A DNA stretch of 64,000 bases. It comes from Roseibacillus sp. (GTDB lineage: Bacteria > Verrucomicrobiota > Verrucomicrobiia > Verrucomicrobiales > Akkermansiaceae). Under the pieces are notes generated by a model, which saw only the letters and a list, made by a program, of their open reading frames with translations, was not told where the DNA came from and made no database searches. Below are positions 29,195 through 39,871 of this stretch, piece after piece. A program made the translations under genes and the position numbers. Positions within the stretch are counted from its first letter, which is position 1; each line of letters opens with the position of its first letter. The stretch is from the NCBI GenBank assembly GCA_046581525.1, contig JAYGGC010000278.1, positions 7,740 to 71,739 of the forward strand. The letters run 5' to 3'.

Positions 29195-30457
29195 CTAGCC
29201 TCCGATCTTCCAGAGGTGCTCTTCGGAGCGAATGAAGATCGCACCATCGATCACTGCAGGAGAAGCGAAGATCCGCTCCTCCATGTCGATCTCGGCGAGC
29301 ACCTTGCACGCCTTGGGTGACACCTCCAAGACGTAGGCAACTCCATCTTCCGTCGCGCTGTAGAGCGTGTTGCCGACGATCACGGGTGATGACGAAAAAT
29401 TGCCGGGAAGTTTTTCCTTCCAGCGCAGCTCCCCGGTCTTGCCATCCCGGCAGCTGAGGGTCCCGTTGTCGTCCACGATGTAGATGCTGCCGTGCGCTGC
29501 CACAAAACTCGGAGTCTTGCCGATGTTCTTGTTCTCATCCCACACCACTTTTGATTTCGTGACGTCGCCCTTGGATCCTTTCGGATCGATCGCCATGAGA
29601 CGCGGCACGCCGAAACCAGTCGCGACGTAGACCAACCCGTTCGCGAACACCGGACGGGGCACTACCGAGTAACCTTCTCCGTAGGTCACCTTCCACACCA
29701 GCTTGCCGTCCGCCGGGCGATAGGCGCCGACCATCCCACTGGCCGGGCTCAGGATCAGAGACTCGCCGCCCACCTTCAGTTCGAGCGGAGTGGAAAATGA
29801 GAACTTGCGCTTTACCTCCTGGTTGCGCGGCGTCTTCCACTTCAGGTCCCCGGTCTTGGCATCAAGAGCAACGAGCACCGGGTTCTCAGTCCCGTCGGCG
29901 TGGAATACCAGCAAGTCGCCAATGATCACCGGCGAGCTTCCCGTCCCGTGCAAGGGCTTGTATTCGAATTTCTGCCGCCAGATCACCTCGCCCGACTCCA
30001 GCTTCAACGCGGCCGTGCCCATGTGTCCAAAGTGCGCGTAGATCACCCCGTTCTTGAGGTAAGGCGTGGCGCTTGAGAGACCGTTCTTGGCGTGACGCTT
30101 CCTGGCTTCCTGGTCCGCCGGGTTGAAGAGATCGCGATCCCACAGGATATCACCGCTCTCCTGGTCCACCGCCACCACCCCCAGGGTGATCTTCCCGTCG
30201 TTCTCCTTGGAAGCGGTCATCACCACCTTGCCCTCGCTGATCACCGGCGATGACCAGCCCTTGCCGGGAAGCTTCCGCTTCCATGCCACTCCTTTCTCCT
30301 TCCCCCACGATCGCGGCACATTCTTCGCGTTCGACACCCCCTGCCCGCCCGGTCCGCGGAATTGAGGCCAGTCCGGCGCCCCGACTGCGGCTTTGTCGGC
30401 CGCCGGTGCGGCTTGAGCAATTATCATCAGGCCAAGGCAGGCGAGGAGAGCTTTCAT
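29195..30457 (-). CDS. PQQ-like beta-propeller repeat protein (BamB-like fold)
   Basis: The ATG at 30457 gives a signal peptide (MKALLACLGLMIIAQAAPA). DWPQFRGPGGQGVS is followed by repeated propeller blades (GDLKWK, GKLVWK, GELRWK). Confidence 0.8.
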   Translation of the reverse strand: MKALLACLGLMIIAQAAPAADKAAVGAPDWPQFRGPGGQGVSNAKNVPRSWGKEKGVAWKRKLPGKGWSSPVISEGKVVMTASKENDGKITLGVVAVDQESGDILWDRDLFNPADQEARKRHAKNGLSSATPYLKNGVIYAHFGHMGTAALKLESGEVIWRQKFEYKPLHGTGSSPVIIGDLLVFHADGTENPVLVALDAKTGDLKWKTPRNQEVKRKFSFSTPLELKVGGESLILSPASGMVGAYRPADGKLVWKVTYGEGYSVVPRPVFANGLVYVATGFGVPRLMAIDPKGSKGDVTKSKVVWDENKNIGKTPSFVAAHGSIYIVDDNGTLSCRDGKTGELRWKEKLPGNFSSSPVIVGNTLYSATEDGVAYVLEVSPKACKVLAEIDMEERIFASPAVIDGAIFIRSEEHLWKIGG

Positions 30458-30618
30458 GTCGTCGGGTCCCGGGGACATACCGCGTTCAGCAGCGAATTGT
30501 TGCAGCCGCTTGGTTAGGCCCTCGCCTCCCGCTTGGCAAGACACGAGACGGACCACCGCAGCCCGGGATCCCCTGCGCCCCGCCTGAAAGTTTGCCCGAT
30601 TCTCGCTGTATTCAGCCC

Positions 30619-31989
30619 ATGCCTCAATCCAGCGACCATGCAACGCCCCAGCCCTCCCGCCGGGCCTTTATCGGGACCACCGCGGCGGCGGCGACCGCAG
30701 CTTCCACCGGCCTCCTCTCCGCCGCCAACGGCAACAAGCCCCTCCGCTTTGCCCAGATCGGGTGCGGCGGCAAGGGAAGCAGTGACCTCAACAACACCAT
30801 CAATTCCGGTGGCAAGCTCATCGCCATGTGCGACGTCGATTCCGGCCGCGCCAAGGGCCACTTCTCCAAGCACAAGGTTCCCACCTACACCGACTTCCGC
30901 GAGATGCTCAAGAAGCACGCCGACGAGATCGATGCCGTGGTGGTCTCCACTCCGGATCACTGTCACGCCGTGGCAGCTCTCGCCGCCATGAAACTCGGCA
31001 AGCACGTCTACGTGCAGAAGCCTCTCGCCCGCACCTATGGCGAGTGCAAAGCCCTCCTCGCCGCGACCCGCAAGTACAAGGTCGTGACCCAGATGGGCAA
31101 CCAGGGCCACGCTGGTTCCGGCCTCCTGCTCTGGAAAAAGATGATGGACGACGGCGCTTTCGGCGACGTTCTCGAACTCCACTCATGGTCGAACCGTCCC
31201 ATCTGGCCGCAAGGCATGACCTCCTATCCCAAGGAAGCGGCCGTCCCCGATAGTCTCGACTGGGATTCATGGATCGGACCGATGGAAATGCGCCCTTACG
31301 GAAAAGGCTACCTGCCTTTCAGCTGGCGCGGCTGGTGGGATTTCGGCGCGGGCGCGATGGGCGACATGGCCTGCCACAACATGGATCCCGCTTTCTGGAC
31401 CTGCAAACTCGGCATCCCGACCACCATTGTGGCCGAGGCCTCCGCACCCGCCGGGATCGCCTATCCCAAGTGGTCCATCATCACCTTCAAGTTCCCCGCC
31501 ACCGAGATTTGCCCGAGCGGAATCACGATGACGTGGTACGACGGCAAGAAGCTTCCCAAAGTTCCCGCCTGCGCCAATCCGAGTCTAAAAGTCGGCGGCA
31601 ACGGCTGCATGATCGTCGGCTCCAAGATGTCGGCCATGGGTGGATCGCACGCCGGGACGCCCAAGCCCATCGGGGTTGGCAAGGAGTTCGACAATGACGC
31701 CATCAAGAAAGCTGACGAGCACTGGAAGGGCGAACACCGCAAGCTCAAGGGCACTGATCACCACCGCCAGTGGGTGGAGGCCGCCAAGAAGGGCGACATG
31801 AAGGGACCCGGCAGCAACTTCGAGTACTCCGCCCCCATGTCGGCATCCCTCGCTCTCGGTGCGATTGCGCTTCGCTTCCCCGGCACCGAACTCAAGTTCG
31901 ACGCCAAGGCCGGCAAGTTCACCAACTACTCCGAAGCCAACAAGTGGCTCACCATCGACCCGCGCAAGGGGTACGATCTAAACGTCTAG
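30619..31989 (+). CDS. Gfo/Idh/MocA-family oxidoreductase with a Tat signal
   Basis: The ATG at 30619 gives MPQSSDHATPQPSRRAFIGTTAAAATAAS. Further motifs are RFAQIGCGGKGSSD, STPDHCHA and VYVQKPL. Confidence 0.85.
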   Translation: MPQSSDHATPQPSRRAFIGTTAAAATAASTGLLSAANGNKPLRFAQIGCGGKGSSDLNNTINSGGKLIAMCDVDSGRAKGHFSKHKVPTYTDFREMLKKHADEIDAVVVSTPDHCHAVAALAAMKLGKHVYVQKPLARTYGECKALLAATRKYKVVTQMGNQGHAGSGLLLWKKMMDDGAFGDVLELHSWSNRPIWPQGMTSYPKEAAVPDSLDWDSWIGPMEMRPYGKGYLPFSWRGWWDFGAGAMGDMACHNMDPAFWTCKLGIPTTIVAEASAPAGIAYPKWSIITFKFPATEICPSGITMTWYDGKKLPKVPACANPSLKVGGNGCMIVGSKMSAMGGSHAGTPKPIGVGKEFDNDAIKKADEHWKGEHRKLKGTDHHRQWVEAAKKGDMKGPGSNFEYSAPMSASLALGAIALRFPGTELKFDAKAGKFTNYSEANKWLTIDPRKGYDLNV

Positions 31990-32008
31990 GACAACTCTGA
32001 AGCTTCTG

Positions 32009-32076
32009 AAGACGCTTCGGTGTCTTTTATATAGCGGGCCCGCCCTCGTCCGCTACGGAGGCGGGCCTTACTTTTG
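32009..32076 (+). terminator. Two consecutive stem-loops with T-rich tails after the oxidoreductase gene
   Basis: The first is AAGAC-gcttcggt-GTCTT followed by TTTAT (32009-32030). The second is GGCCCGCC...GGCGGGCC (32037-32067) followed by TTACTTTTG. Both lie between convergent genes. Confidence 0.45.
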
Positions 32077-32847
32077 CTGGGGCCCCGCCACAGGCTTCGG
32101 GGTTGGCTCCGGCTTCGCTTCAGGGCGCGGCCGGAGGAACAATCGCTTCGACTTGTAGTCAATCATCCCGCCCAGTTGCTGCAACAACTCGAAGCCGAGG
32201 ATCCCGTCCAGCCTCCCGCCTGTCGCGCTGAAGGGGAGGTTGATCGCCAGCAACTTCTTCCGCCCTCCTGTGATCGGAACGTCACCGATCTTGAAGCTCT
32301 GATAGGTTGCCTCCATCGCACGGCCGGCGATTCCCCCGATCCCCGCCACCATCGTGCGCGAGGGTTTCGCGGGCAACTTGAGTCTCTTGACCGTGCTCAG
32401 GTCGAGGAAGGTCCCCATCGCGCCGGTGTCGACCAGGAAGGTCAGCTCCTGACCGTTCAGGGTGACCGGCACATAAAACGCGAGACTCTTTTGCTGGAGA
32501 TCCACCACGTCGTAGCCGGACTGCTCGAGGACCTTCTCGATCGGAAAGTCGCGCAGATCGATCGCGAAGGTAGGATTCCACTTTCGCAGGTAATCCTGGT
32601 CAGCCAAGCTGAACAACTTTGCGTCCATCCTGAAGGCCTTGGTGTTGTCACGGATGACCGCCTTGAAGGTGTGATCGTCGATCTTGCTGACGATCTTGAT
32701 CTCGGCCGTGATCGGCTCCTCGAGAGGCTTGCCGGTCTGCGCGTTGAGGACCCGCGTGAAGAAGCGGTACTTCCATTCCTCTTCGGCCAGGGTGGGCAGG
32801 CCGCTCAACCAAAGGGCCATGCCAATCATGAAAAGTGATCTCATCAA
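32068..32847 (-). CDS. Secreted retropepsin-like aspartic protease
   Basis: It has a signal peptide and an FLVDTGAMGTFLD (DTG) active-site motif, followed by GILGFELLQQ. Confidence 0.75.
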   Translation of the reverse strand: MMRSLFMIGMALWLSGLPTLAEEEWKYRFFTRVLNAQTGKPLEEPITAEIKIVSKIDDHTFKAVIRDNTKAFRMDAKLFSLADQDYLRKWNPTFAIDLRDFPIEKVLEQSGYDVVDLQQKSLAFYVPVTLNGQELTFLVDTGAMGTFLDLSTVKRLKLPAKPSRTMVAGIGGIAGRAMEATYQSFKIGDVPITGGRKKLLAINLPFSATGGRLDGILGFELLQQLGGMIDYKSKRLFLRPRPEAKPEPTPKPVAGPQQK

Positions 32848-33005
32848 TAATTATGGTTCTCCGAGTTTCGTAGCGATACCCCACCGGTGATCGAGTCCTT
32901 TTTTCCACGAAGGCACTCAATTTCTCATTAGCGCCTTACCTTCTGCCGCTTCCGACCCCTCTACTGTGGACTTGAATCTGTTCCTCGCTGGGCTTTCATC
33001 CGCCT

Positions 33006-34550
33006 ATGCGCATTCACCACGCCGTCCTCACCCTGGCCTGCCTCGCCCTCTCATCCTCCCTCTCATCCGCCGCAGGCGAAGCCGGCAGCCGACCAAACCT
33101 CGTCTTCATCCTTGCCGACGACATGGGTTGGAACCAGCCCGGCTTCAACGGCGGCAAGAAAGAGCTCACCCCCAACCTCGACAAGCTCGCGACGGAAAGC
33201 CTGAAGCTCACCCAGTTCTATACTCATTCCGTGTGCGCTCCCACCCGCGGGGCCTTCCTCACCGGCCGTTACGCCTTCCGCAACTGGATGGACTGGCGCT
33301 CCGAGGACTTCGGCAAGCCCAGCTATCTCAAGGCCCTCGGCCTCACCCTCGCACACAACGATCGCGGTGAGCCGACGAGGCGCATCCACGCTCTCGATAC
33401 CAGCGAGCGCACCATCGCGGAGGCCCTCAAGGAGGCCGGCTACTTCACCGCCCTGGTCGGCAAGTGGCATTGCGGCGAGTGGCTCGAGGAACACCTTCCC
33501 ATGGGCCAGGGCTTCATGCATCAATACGGCCACTACGCCTGGGGCATCGACTACTTCACCAAGACCATCGTGCACAACGCCCCGGCCCGCTTCGCGGTCT
33601 ACGACTGGCACCGCAATCAGAAACCGATCCGGGAGGAGGGCTATGCCACCGATCTCTTCGCGGCCGAGGCGGAGCGCGTCATCGCGACCCGCGCCAGGGA
33701 GAAGGACAAGCCCTTCTTCCTCTACGTGCCTTTCAATGCCGTGCACGGTCCGCTCAATCCACCCCCCGGATTCGCCGGGGACAAGAAGGACCCGCTTGCC
33801 ATCCGCGACGCCATGCTCAAGTCGCTCGACGACGGAGTGGGTCGCATTTTGGACGCCATCGAGAAGAACGGCATCAAGGACAACACCCTCGTGGTCTTCA
33901 CCAATGACAACGGCCCGGTCCTTGAATCGATGAGCACTCCCTGGCGCGGCACCAAGAACACAACCTTTGAAGGAGGCGTGCGTGTTCCCTGCCTCCTCCG
34001 CTGGCCGGGCCACACCAAGCCGGGCACCTCCAACGACGGGATGATCTTCATCTCCGACTTCTACTCGACCTTCATCACCCTCGGCGGCGCCAAACACGAG
34101 CAGGAGAGGAAAGTCGACGGACTGGACATGACCGAAACCCTGTTCGGCGACAAGGCGAGCCCGCGCAAGGAGATCGTCTTTGAAGTCGAAGGCAGCGTGC
34201 GACTTCCCACCATCCGCCGCGGCAACTGGAAACTGATGGGCGACATGCTCTTCAACATCAAAAAGGATCCCTACGAGAAGAAGGACATCGCCAAGGAGAA
34301 CCCCGGGATCGTGAAGAGACTGGCGAACCGCCTCGCGAAGGTGAACAGCGAACGTCCCCCGCTCGGTGACAAGCCCCTCCTCATGGATCCGCCCCTGCCC
34401 TACATCTACGGCCTCAAGGAGAACGAAAAGCCACCGGAGTGGTTGGTGAAACACGTCGATGCGATTCGTGCCACCCAACCGAAGGAGTGGAAGCCCGGAG
34501 AGACGCCCTGGCCGCAGGCTCCGATCGGAGCAAACGCCAACAAGCAGTAG
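33006..34550 (+). CDS. Arylsulfatase (formylglycine-dependent)
   Basis: Evidence is a signal peptide, NLVFILADDMGW, and CAPTRGAFLTGR. Confidence 0.9.
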   Translation: MRIHHAVLTLACLALSSSLSSAAGEAGSRPNLVFILADDMGWNQPGFNGGKKELTPNLDKLATESLKLTQFYTHSVCAPTRGAFLTGRYAFRNWMDWRSEDFGKPSYLKALGLTLAHNDRGEPTRRIHALDTSERTIAEALKEAGYFTALVGKWHCGEWLEEHLPMGQGFMHQYGHYAWGIDYFTKTIVHNAPARFAVYDWHRNQKPIREEGYATDLFAAEAERVIATRAREKDKPFFLYVPFNAVHGPLNPPPGFAGDKKDPLAIRDAMLKSLDDGVGRILDAIEKNGIKDNTLVVFTNDNGPVLESMSTPWRGTKNTTFEGGVRVPCLLRWPGHTKPGTSNDGMIFISDFYSTFITLGGAKHEQERKVDGLDMTETLFGDKASPRKEIVFEVEGSVRLPTIRRGNWKLMGDMLFNIKKDPYEKKDIAKENPGIVKRLANRLAKVNSERPPLGDKPLLMDPPLPYIYGLKENEKPPEWLVKHVDAIRATQPKEWKPGETPWPQAPIGANANKQ

Positions 34551-34761
34551 CTTGGAGAATTACTTCGCCACCGCGCCCGTGCGCGTGAGAAGAGGTTCCT
34601 CTCGAGCCCGGCCACAGAAGGGATTCGCACGGGGATTTTCAGGAGGGGAATTTGCTCTATCCAAGTGAATTAGCGAGGAAAGGCAATCCACAGGCAGACT
34701 CCCGGATCTCATTCCTCCGCCGTCCTTCTCAGCCTGCTCCGGGAACGAGATTTCCTCCGTC

Positions 34762-35907
34762 ATGTGGACAAGCTGTTGGTACTATGGGAATCGCTTTCCA
34801 TCTTTTCGCGTGGCGATCACCGAAGACTCTCCTACGGTCCGCACCGTGCCGGTAAGCATCCGTTTTACAAAGGCCGAAGCGACGGGAGTCGTCTTGGCAA
34901 AAGTTGGAAACCCGCAACGCGACGAACCGCTGGAGACCTCGCGGGAGGTTTGCCGCATCGCGGAGGCCGATCGCGACCTCCTCACCAAGTTGCTCCTGAA
35001 ACCATTCAAGAGCCTGACCGGCTACTGCTTCCATCACCACTCCTCGCTCGGGAAGAACGAGACCTACACCTGCGCAAAGGCCGTCTTCGCCAAGGAGAAT
35101 GCCCTGCTGGAGAAGGGGTGCGAGATTGCTCAGCGACTCTACGCAAAATCCAATCATCCCAACATCAAGTCGGGCGACCTCTGCATCGCTCATCTGAAGA
35201 ATCTCACGGTCGATGGCAAGCCCACCGACGCGCTCTGCATCTTGAAGTCAGAGACCGTCGAACCCTTCCTCACCATCTCCTCCCACAACGGCGATCTCAA
35301 GATCACGACCGAACAAGGGATCAATCCCGAGAAGATCGACAAGGGTTGCCTCATCCTGAACACCTTTGAGAAGACCGGTTACTACGTCCTGACCTTCGAC
35401 CGCGCGGGAGCCCACTCACGCTTCTGGATCCGCGAGTTTCTCGGCGTGCGCCTCATCGCCGACGACACCTTCCTCACCAACCACTACGCCGATCTGGCGG
35501 TGACCTTCCTGCAGGGCGAGGGCCAGAGAGACGCGGGGCAGGGAGACGTGGCCGCCAAGACCGTGGCCGCCAAGCGCGCGATGAACTACTTCGACACCAA
35601 GGATCAGTTCAACATGCAGGAGTTCGAGGAGGAAGTCCTGCGCAAGGATCCGGAAATGATGGCGAAGTTCAAGGAACACAAGGCCCGCTTCGAGGAGGAG
35701 TCCGGGCAACCGTTGAAGGAATCCTTTGGCATTACCACGACCGCCATCTCAAAGGCAAAGAAGAAGGTCGGGGGCGTCATGAGATTCGACACCGGCGTGG
35801 AAGTGCGCCTCCTTCCCGAGTTCCAGGAGTCCGCCCTCGAACGCGGCTTCGATGAGAAGAGGGGAATGGGGTTCGTGAAGATCTTTTTTCACGAGCGCCC
35901 CAAGTGA
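34762..35907 (+). CDS. Nucleoid-associated protein, NdpA/YejK-like (start uncertain; GTG at 34846 is possible)
   Basis: The pattern VVLAKVGNP...GDLCIAHLKNLTVDGKPTDALCILKSE...FWIREFLGVRLIADD resembles the PF04245-type family as I remember it. Confidence 0.5.
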   Translation: MWTSCWYYGNRFPSFRVAITEDSPTVRTVPVSIRFTKAEATGVVLAKVGNPQRDEPLETSREVCRIAEADRDLLTKLLLKPFKSLTGYCFHHHSSLGKNETYTCAKAVFAKENALLEKGCEIAQRLYAKSNHPNIKSGDLCIAHLKNLTVDGKPTDALCILKSETVEPFLTISSHNGDLKITTEQGINPEKIDKGCLILNTFEKTGYYVLTFDRAGAHSRFWIREFLGVRLIADDTFLTNHYADLAVTFLQGEGQRDAGQGDVAAKTVAAKRAMNYFDTKDQFNMQEFEEEVLRKDPEMMAKFKEHKARFEEESGQPLKESFGITTTAISKAKKKVGGVMRFDTGVEVRLLPEFQESALERGFDEKRGMGFVKIFFHERPK

Positions 35908-36002
35908 CCCGGACCAAGGTTGGCACCTGACAGCCGAGCGAAATCTCCACTTCCCAATTTCCAAATAGGCTTCAACACCAAGTCTCAATCTCCCATTTGG
36001 AG

Positions 36003-36019
36003 CCATCGCCCGGCGATGG
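36003..36019 (+). terminator. Short stem-loop between convergent genes
   Basis: CCATCGC-ccg-GCGATGG is followed by a weakly T-rich tail. Confidence 0.25.
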
Positions 36020-36120
36020 GATCCTGAGTTCTTGCTCTGAGATTTAGTGGAAAATTGGCCGGTCGATTTTCGCCGGAAACGATGAGACTCCCGCGTGCAT
36101 CGTGGACCGTGTATCGTGCA

Positions 36121-37122
36121 TCAGGACCGCGGGGTGGAGCCCTGCATCTTTCGCCTGTGCCGCTCAAAGGCGGCCCGCACCAGGAGCCGGGTGAATCCTT
36201 CGTGACCCGCGGGATCCTTCAGGAGACACAGGTCCGCACTGCCCGGATCGGACGGCGGATAGTAGACCCCGCAATTCGGATTGATCTCGAGCATGAAGGG
36301 AGTGCCCTCTCGATCCACCCGCATATCGCAGCGCCCGAAACTCGCTCCCTTCAAAGCGACAAAGAAGCGCGCGGCCTCCTCACGCAGGCGCGCCCCCAGC
36401 ATCGCATCATCCACCGGAAAGCAAGCCAGCTCATCGTAGTCCACCCACTTTATTCCCGCGTGTTTGAAGCTCTCTCCCGGTGGAAATCGATACTGCATCG
36501 GCACATAGGTGATGGGACGCAACGGGTCCTCCGGATTCTCCGCCACCAGCACCGTGCACTCGATCCCCTCGATGTACTCCTCGATCAGCGCCGCCCCAAA
36601 TCGCGACATGATCTTGCGAGCCTGCCGGCGCAATCCGGCCGGGGACTGCACCCGCGACGCCCGGCTCAGGGCCACACTCGCGTAGCTGCTGTGGTGTTTC
36701 ACGAAGAGAGGGAAGTTCAGTGACTTAGCGGCGAGTTCCACGTCGGCCTCCTCGCGCGCCAGGACATACGCCGGGGTGGCGATGCCTTCCGCACGACAGG
36801 CCGCTTTCATCTCTTCCCGCGACGGCTCGTAGCATTCCGAGGTCGCCCCGGTGAAGGGCACGCCCAGTCGCTCGAGGGCTTGCACCACCTCGATGCCCGG
36901 GGTGTCCTCATCCGCCGCCCCGTCACAGAGATTGAAAAAGAGATCAAATTCCCCGCCCTGCACCAACCGGGTGACCGCCTCCACCGAGGTTCTCTTGCTG
37001 AGGGTCTCCACCGCCCATTGCGCCTCCGGCAGGAAGGGCCGGGGATCACAGGGCCAGTCGTCGGACGGGAAGGGGTCCGCATCGAGATCCTGGGTGGTGA
37101 GCAGGCAGACACGCACAATCAA
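36121..37122 (-). CDS. ATP-grasp enzyme, D-alanine--D-alanine ligase-like
   Basis: The 333-aa ORF shows DLFFNLCDG, LERLGVPFTG, PLFVKHHSSYASV, LIEEYIEGIECTV and GRCDMRVDREGTPFMLEINPNCG. Confidence 0.8.
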   Translation of the reverse strand: MIVRVCLLTTQDLDADPFPSDDWPCDPRPFLPEAQWAVETLSKRTSVEAVTRLVQGGEFDLFFNLCDGAADEDTPGIEVVQALERLGVPFTGATSECYEPSREEMKAACRAEGIATPAYVLAREEADVELAAKSLNFPLFVKHHSSYASVALSRASRVQSPAGLRRQARKIMSRFGAALIEEYIEGIECTVLVAENPEDPLRPITYVPMQYRFPPGESFKHAGIKWVDYDELACFPVDDAMLGARLREEAARFFVALKGASFGRCDMRVDREGTPFMLEINPNCGVYYPPSDPGSADLCLLKDPAGHEGFTRLLVRAAFERHRRKMQGSTPRS

Positions 37123-37351
37123 AAAGCCGTGGCTGGGAAAGCTTTAGCCATCAACCGTCCTCCCCACAAGCACGCCCTTCTCTTCACCTTACGCCGGGCA
37201 TCGCGGCGGGAGGGACCAGCCGGGACCGATCCGTTCCCGTGCCCTAGGCGCAGGATCATTCCCATCACCCCGGCCCCATCACCCCAGCCAATGACCGAAT
37301 CACCCTTTTCAATGAGCGCAACCCGGCGGGGGCAGGTAATCTGCTCCCATC

Positions 37352-37765
37352 ATGAAAATGCTGATTTCGAGCCGAACAGCCCTCCTGTTCTTGGTGACCG
37401 GGCTGGCCCTCACTCCGTGGATCCTCGGTGGGTGCCAAGGATGGACCCTGGACTACGGTAGTCCCGTGGCCCAGTTTGAGGCCTGTAACGCAGCAGCGCT
37501 GGCCCCGGGCTACCTGGGGCGGAAGGTCAGTGTGCGTGGCGAGGTCACCGCGGTAGACACTTCCGACCCGGCCCAATGCACAGTCAGGCTGGGCCACGGC
37601 CTCGTCGCCAATTTCGGGACCTTCAAGGCAGCGGCCGAGGCGTGCGCGGTGGGCGAGGTCGTTCATCTCGACGGTATCGTCAGGGCCGTGGACCCTTCCG
37701 GCGTCACGCTCGATCCCGCCTTCGGCAGGGCCCCGGAGGCCCCCTTCGAACCCATTCATCCGTGA
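37352..37765 (+). CDS. Hypothetical lipoprotein
   Basis: It has a signal peptide with a lipobox-like LGGC (MKMLISSRTALLFLVTGLALTPWILGGC). I recognise no family. Confidence 0.5.
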   Translation: MKMLISSRTALLFLVTGLALTPWILGGCQGWTLDYGSPVAQFEACNAAALAPGYLGRKVSVRGEVTAVDTSDPAQCTVRLGHGLVANFGTFKAAAEACAVGEVVHLDGIVRAVDPSGVTLDPAFGRAPEAPFEPIHP

Positions 37766-37860
37766 CAGTGCCACGGGGTTGATCCCGGCCCACGCCTTCC
37801 TCCCCGGGACTCAAGCCCTGCCCATCCGACCTCTCCGTTGCGGCCTGACCTTGCCAGGGC

Positions 37861-38523
37861 CTACTTTTTCTTCTCCTCTTTCGGAACCTTGGGCTCCGGC
37901 TTGAATCGCGCCGGCGCCTGGTCGAGATACTTGGTGTAGGCATTGGAGCTCACCCGTTCCGCCACAATCTTTCCCTCTGGATCGTAAAGGCGCAGGGCGT
38001 AGCCCCGGTAGGCTTCACCCACCTTCCGGTTGTTGTAGAAACCGGCTTCGTACTTCTCCACGCAATCAGAATTGAGGAAGGACTCCACAACAGACTTGAT
38101 CCCGATTGTTCCACTGGTCTTGAGCGCGGAGATCCACACCAAGAGACAGTAGTACTCCGTTTCCTTGGGCACATTGGTCAATTCCAAGATCACGGTTTTG
38201 ATGTTCTTATCGAGACCAGAATCCTTGTAGGACTCCAACCTGACCTTTACTTCGAGCGGCTTGTAGATGACGAGATTCTTGATGTACTCCCGATCCTTCT
38301 TGCTGAGCTTCTCCAGCTTGATCTGGTGGATCTTCCGCTTGATTTCAATCTTAACCCAGCCGTCGCCCTTCTCCTTCAACACCCCGGTCAGGGTCCTTCC
38401 ATCACTGCTGGTCCACACTCGTGACTTCTCCTCGGCGGGGAGGGAAATGCTGGTGAGCACCACCAGCAGAATCGACAGCAACACCCTCTCCGATATCATC
38501 CACCGGTACGACATGGAGTTCAT
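37861..38523 (-). CDS. Secreted SHD1-domain (SLA1 homology domain 1-like) protein
   Basis: RVWTSSDGRTLTGVLKEKGDGWVKIEIKRKIHQIKLEKLSKKDREYI fits the bacterial SHD1 pattern. The tail is Lys-rich. GC is visibly lower than in the neighbours. Confidence 0.6.
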   Translation of the reverse strand: MNSMSYRWMISERVLLSILLVVLTSISLPAEEKSRVWTSSDGRTLTGVLKEKGDGWVKIEIKRKIHQIKLEKLSKKDREYIKNLVIYKPLEVKVRLESYKDSGLDKNIKTVILELTNVPKETEYYCLLVWISALKTSGTIGIKSVVESFLNSDCVEKYEAGFYNNRKVGEAYRGYALRLYDPEGKIVAERVSSNAYTKYLDQAPARFKPEPKVPKEEKKK

Positions 38524-38601
38524 TCTCCGATAAAAGGAGAAGGCCCGTCAAACCGATTCCGCCCCGATCTCCCTATTGTAGGAGCGGCAGGGCTTGAATC
38601 T

Positions 38602-39672
38602 TCAATAGCGCCCGTCGCGAACCTCAAAGTGGGTCGGTTTTCCGAGCTCGCGGCCCCCCTTCTTCACCCAGTGAGCGGTCCGCGCGAGGATGCAGGGCAA
38701 GTCCGTGGGAGGTTCTCCCAACTCCGCGCAGAGGGCTCCCGCATTGCTGAGCAGTGCGGTGTCTGATTCGCTCCCGGTAAAGATCGGTTCGCGGCCAAGC
38801 AGCGATCCCAGCTCTTCCGCGACCTCCCGGATCCGGTAGGCTTGCGGCGAGGTCAGGTTCCAGGCGCGCGCCGGCGAGGCGGCCAGGGGAAAGGCCCGCA
38901 GAATCATCTCGTTGGCATCCCCCTGCCAGATGCAGTTGAAGGAGCCATTGCTCAAATCAATGGGGACCCCGGTCCAGATCTTGCGCGCCAAGTCGACCGG
39001 CACGCCGTAACGAAGGTCGGTCGCGTAGTTCAAGCGGAGCAAGGCCACCGGAGCGCCTCCGCTCTCCCGCGAGAAGTAATCAAAAATGCGCTCCCGTGCC
39101 ACCACGGCATTGGCGTACTCGCCGACCGGAGTGAGCGCGTCATCTTCCACCGACCCTCCGGCGCCCACCTCCGTCAGCGGATACACATTGCCCGTCGAGA
39201 GCGCCACCATCCGCCGGCCCCGGTAACGTTCAGCCGCATGGTGGGGAGCCACCGTGTTGATTGCCCAGGTAAGCGACGGATTCTCCTGCGTGCCGAACTT
39301 CAACCCAACCAGGTAGAGAACATCACCGGCCTCCGGGAGTTCTTCCACCCTCGCGCGATCCAGCAGGTCTGCGGAGAGCGTCCGGATCCCCCGTTGTTCC
39401 AACCACTCCCGCTGCCCGCCCGCGCGGAAGCGACTGACTGCGATGATGTCCAACTGGTGACCGGCCTCCTGCGCCGCCCGCTTTGCCAACACCGCCAGCG
39501 AGGGTCCCATCTTTCCGCCGGCGCCCAGGATCACGAGGGGGCTGCGCACCTCAGCAATCGCCTCGATCAACTCCCGCCGGGGATGGGTGAGCACTTCTTC
39601 CAAAGCCTCTTCGCTCTCGATGAATTCCGGATTCGTCCTCACCCCCATCGGTTCTAACGACGATCGCGGCAC
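38602..39672 (-). CDS. NAD-dependent epimerase/dehydratase family protein
   Basis: It has a VILGAGGKMG Rossmann motif and an SDR-extended-like layout. Confidence 0.8.
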   Translation of the reverse strand: MPRSSLEPMGVRTNPEFIESEEALEEVLTHPRRELIEAIAEVRSPLVILGAGGKMGPSLAVLAKRAAQEAGHQLDIIAVSRFRAGGQREWLEQRGIRTLSADLLDRARVEELPEAGDVLYLVGLKFGTQENPSLTWAINTVAPHHAAERYRGRRMVALSTGNVYPLTEVGAGGSVEDDALTPVGEYANAVVARERIFDYFSRESGGAPVALLRLNYATDLRYGVPVDLARKIWTGVPIDLSNGSFNCIWQGDANEMILRAFPLAASPARAWNLTSPQAYRIREVAEELGSLLGREPIFTGSESDTALLSNAGALCAELGEPPTDLPCILARTAHWVKKGGRELGKPTHFEVRDGRY

Positions 39673-39871
39673 GGACCAATTTCCAAATGGAAGTCACGAG
39701 CCAGTTTCTGAAGATCCCACAAGTCCTCGGCACCTGGCGGGGTCGAGCATCCTGGATCCGGGAGCAAGCCCCGGTCCTTGCCTGTCTCCCGTTGCGGCCT
39801 CCCCTTGCTGCCACAGTAAAAAGGCCACAAGCCGGAAACCTCCGACCTGTGGCCTGAAAGCATTGTTGGAA

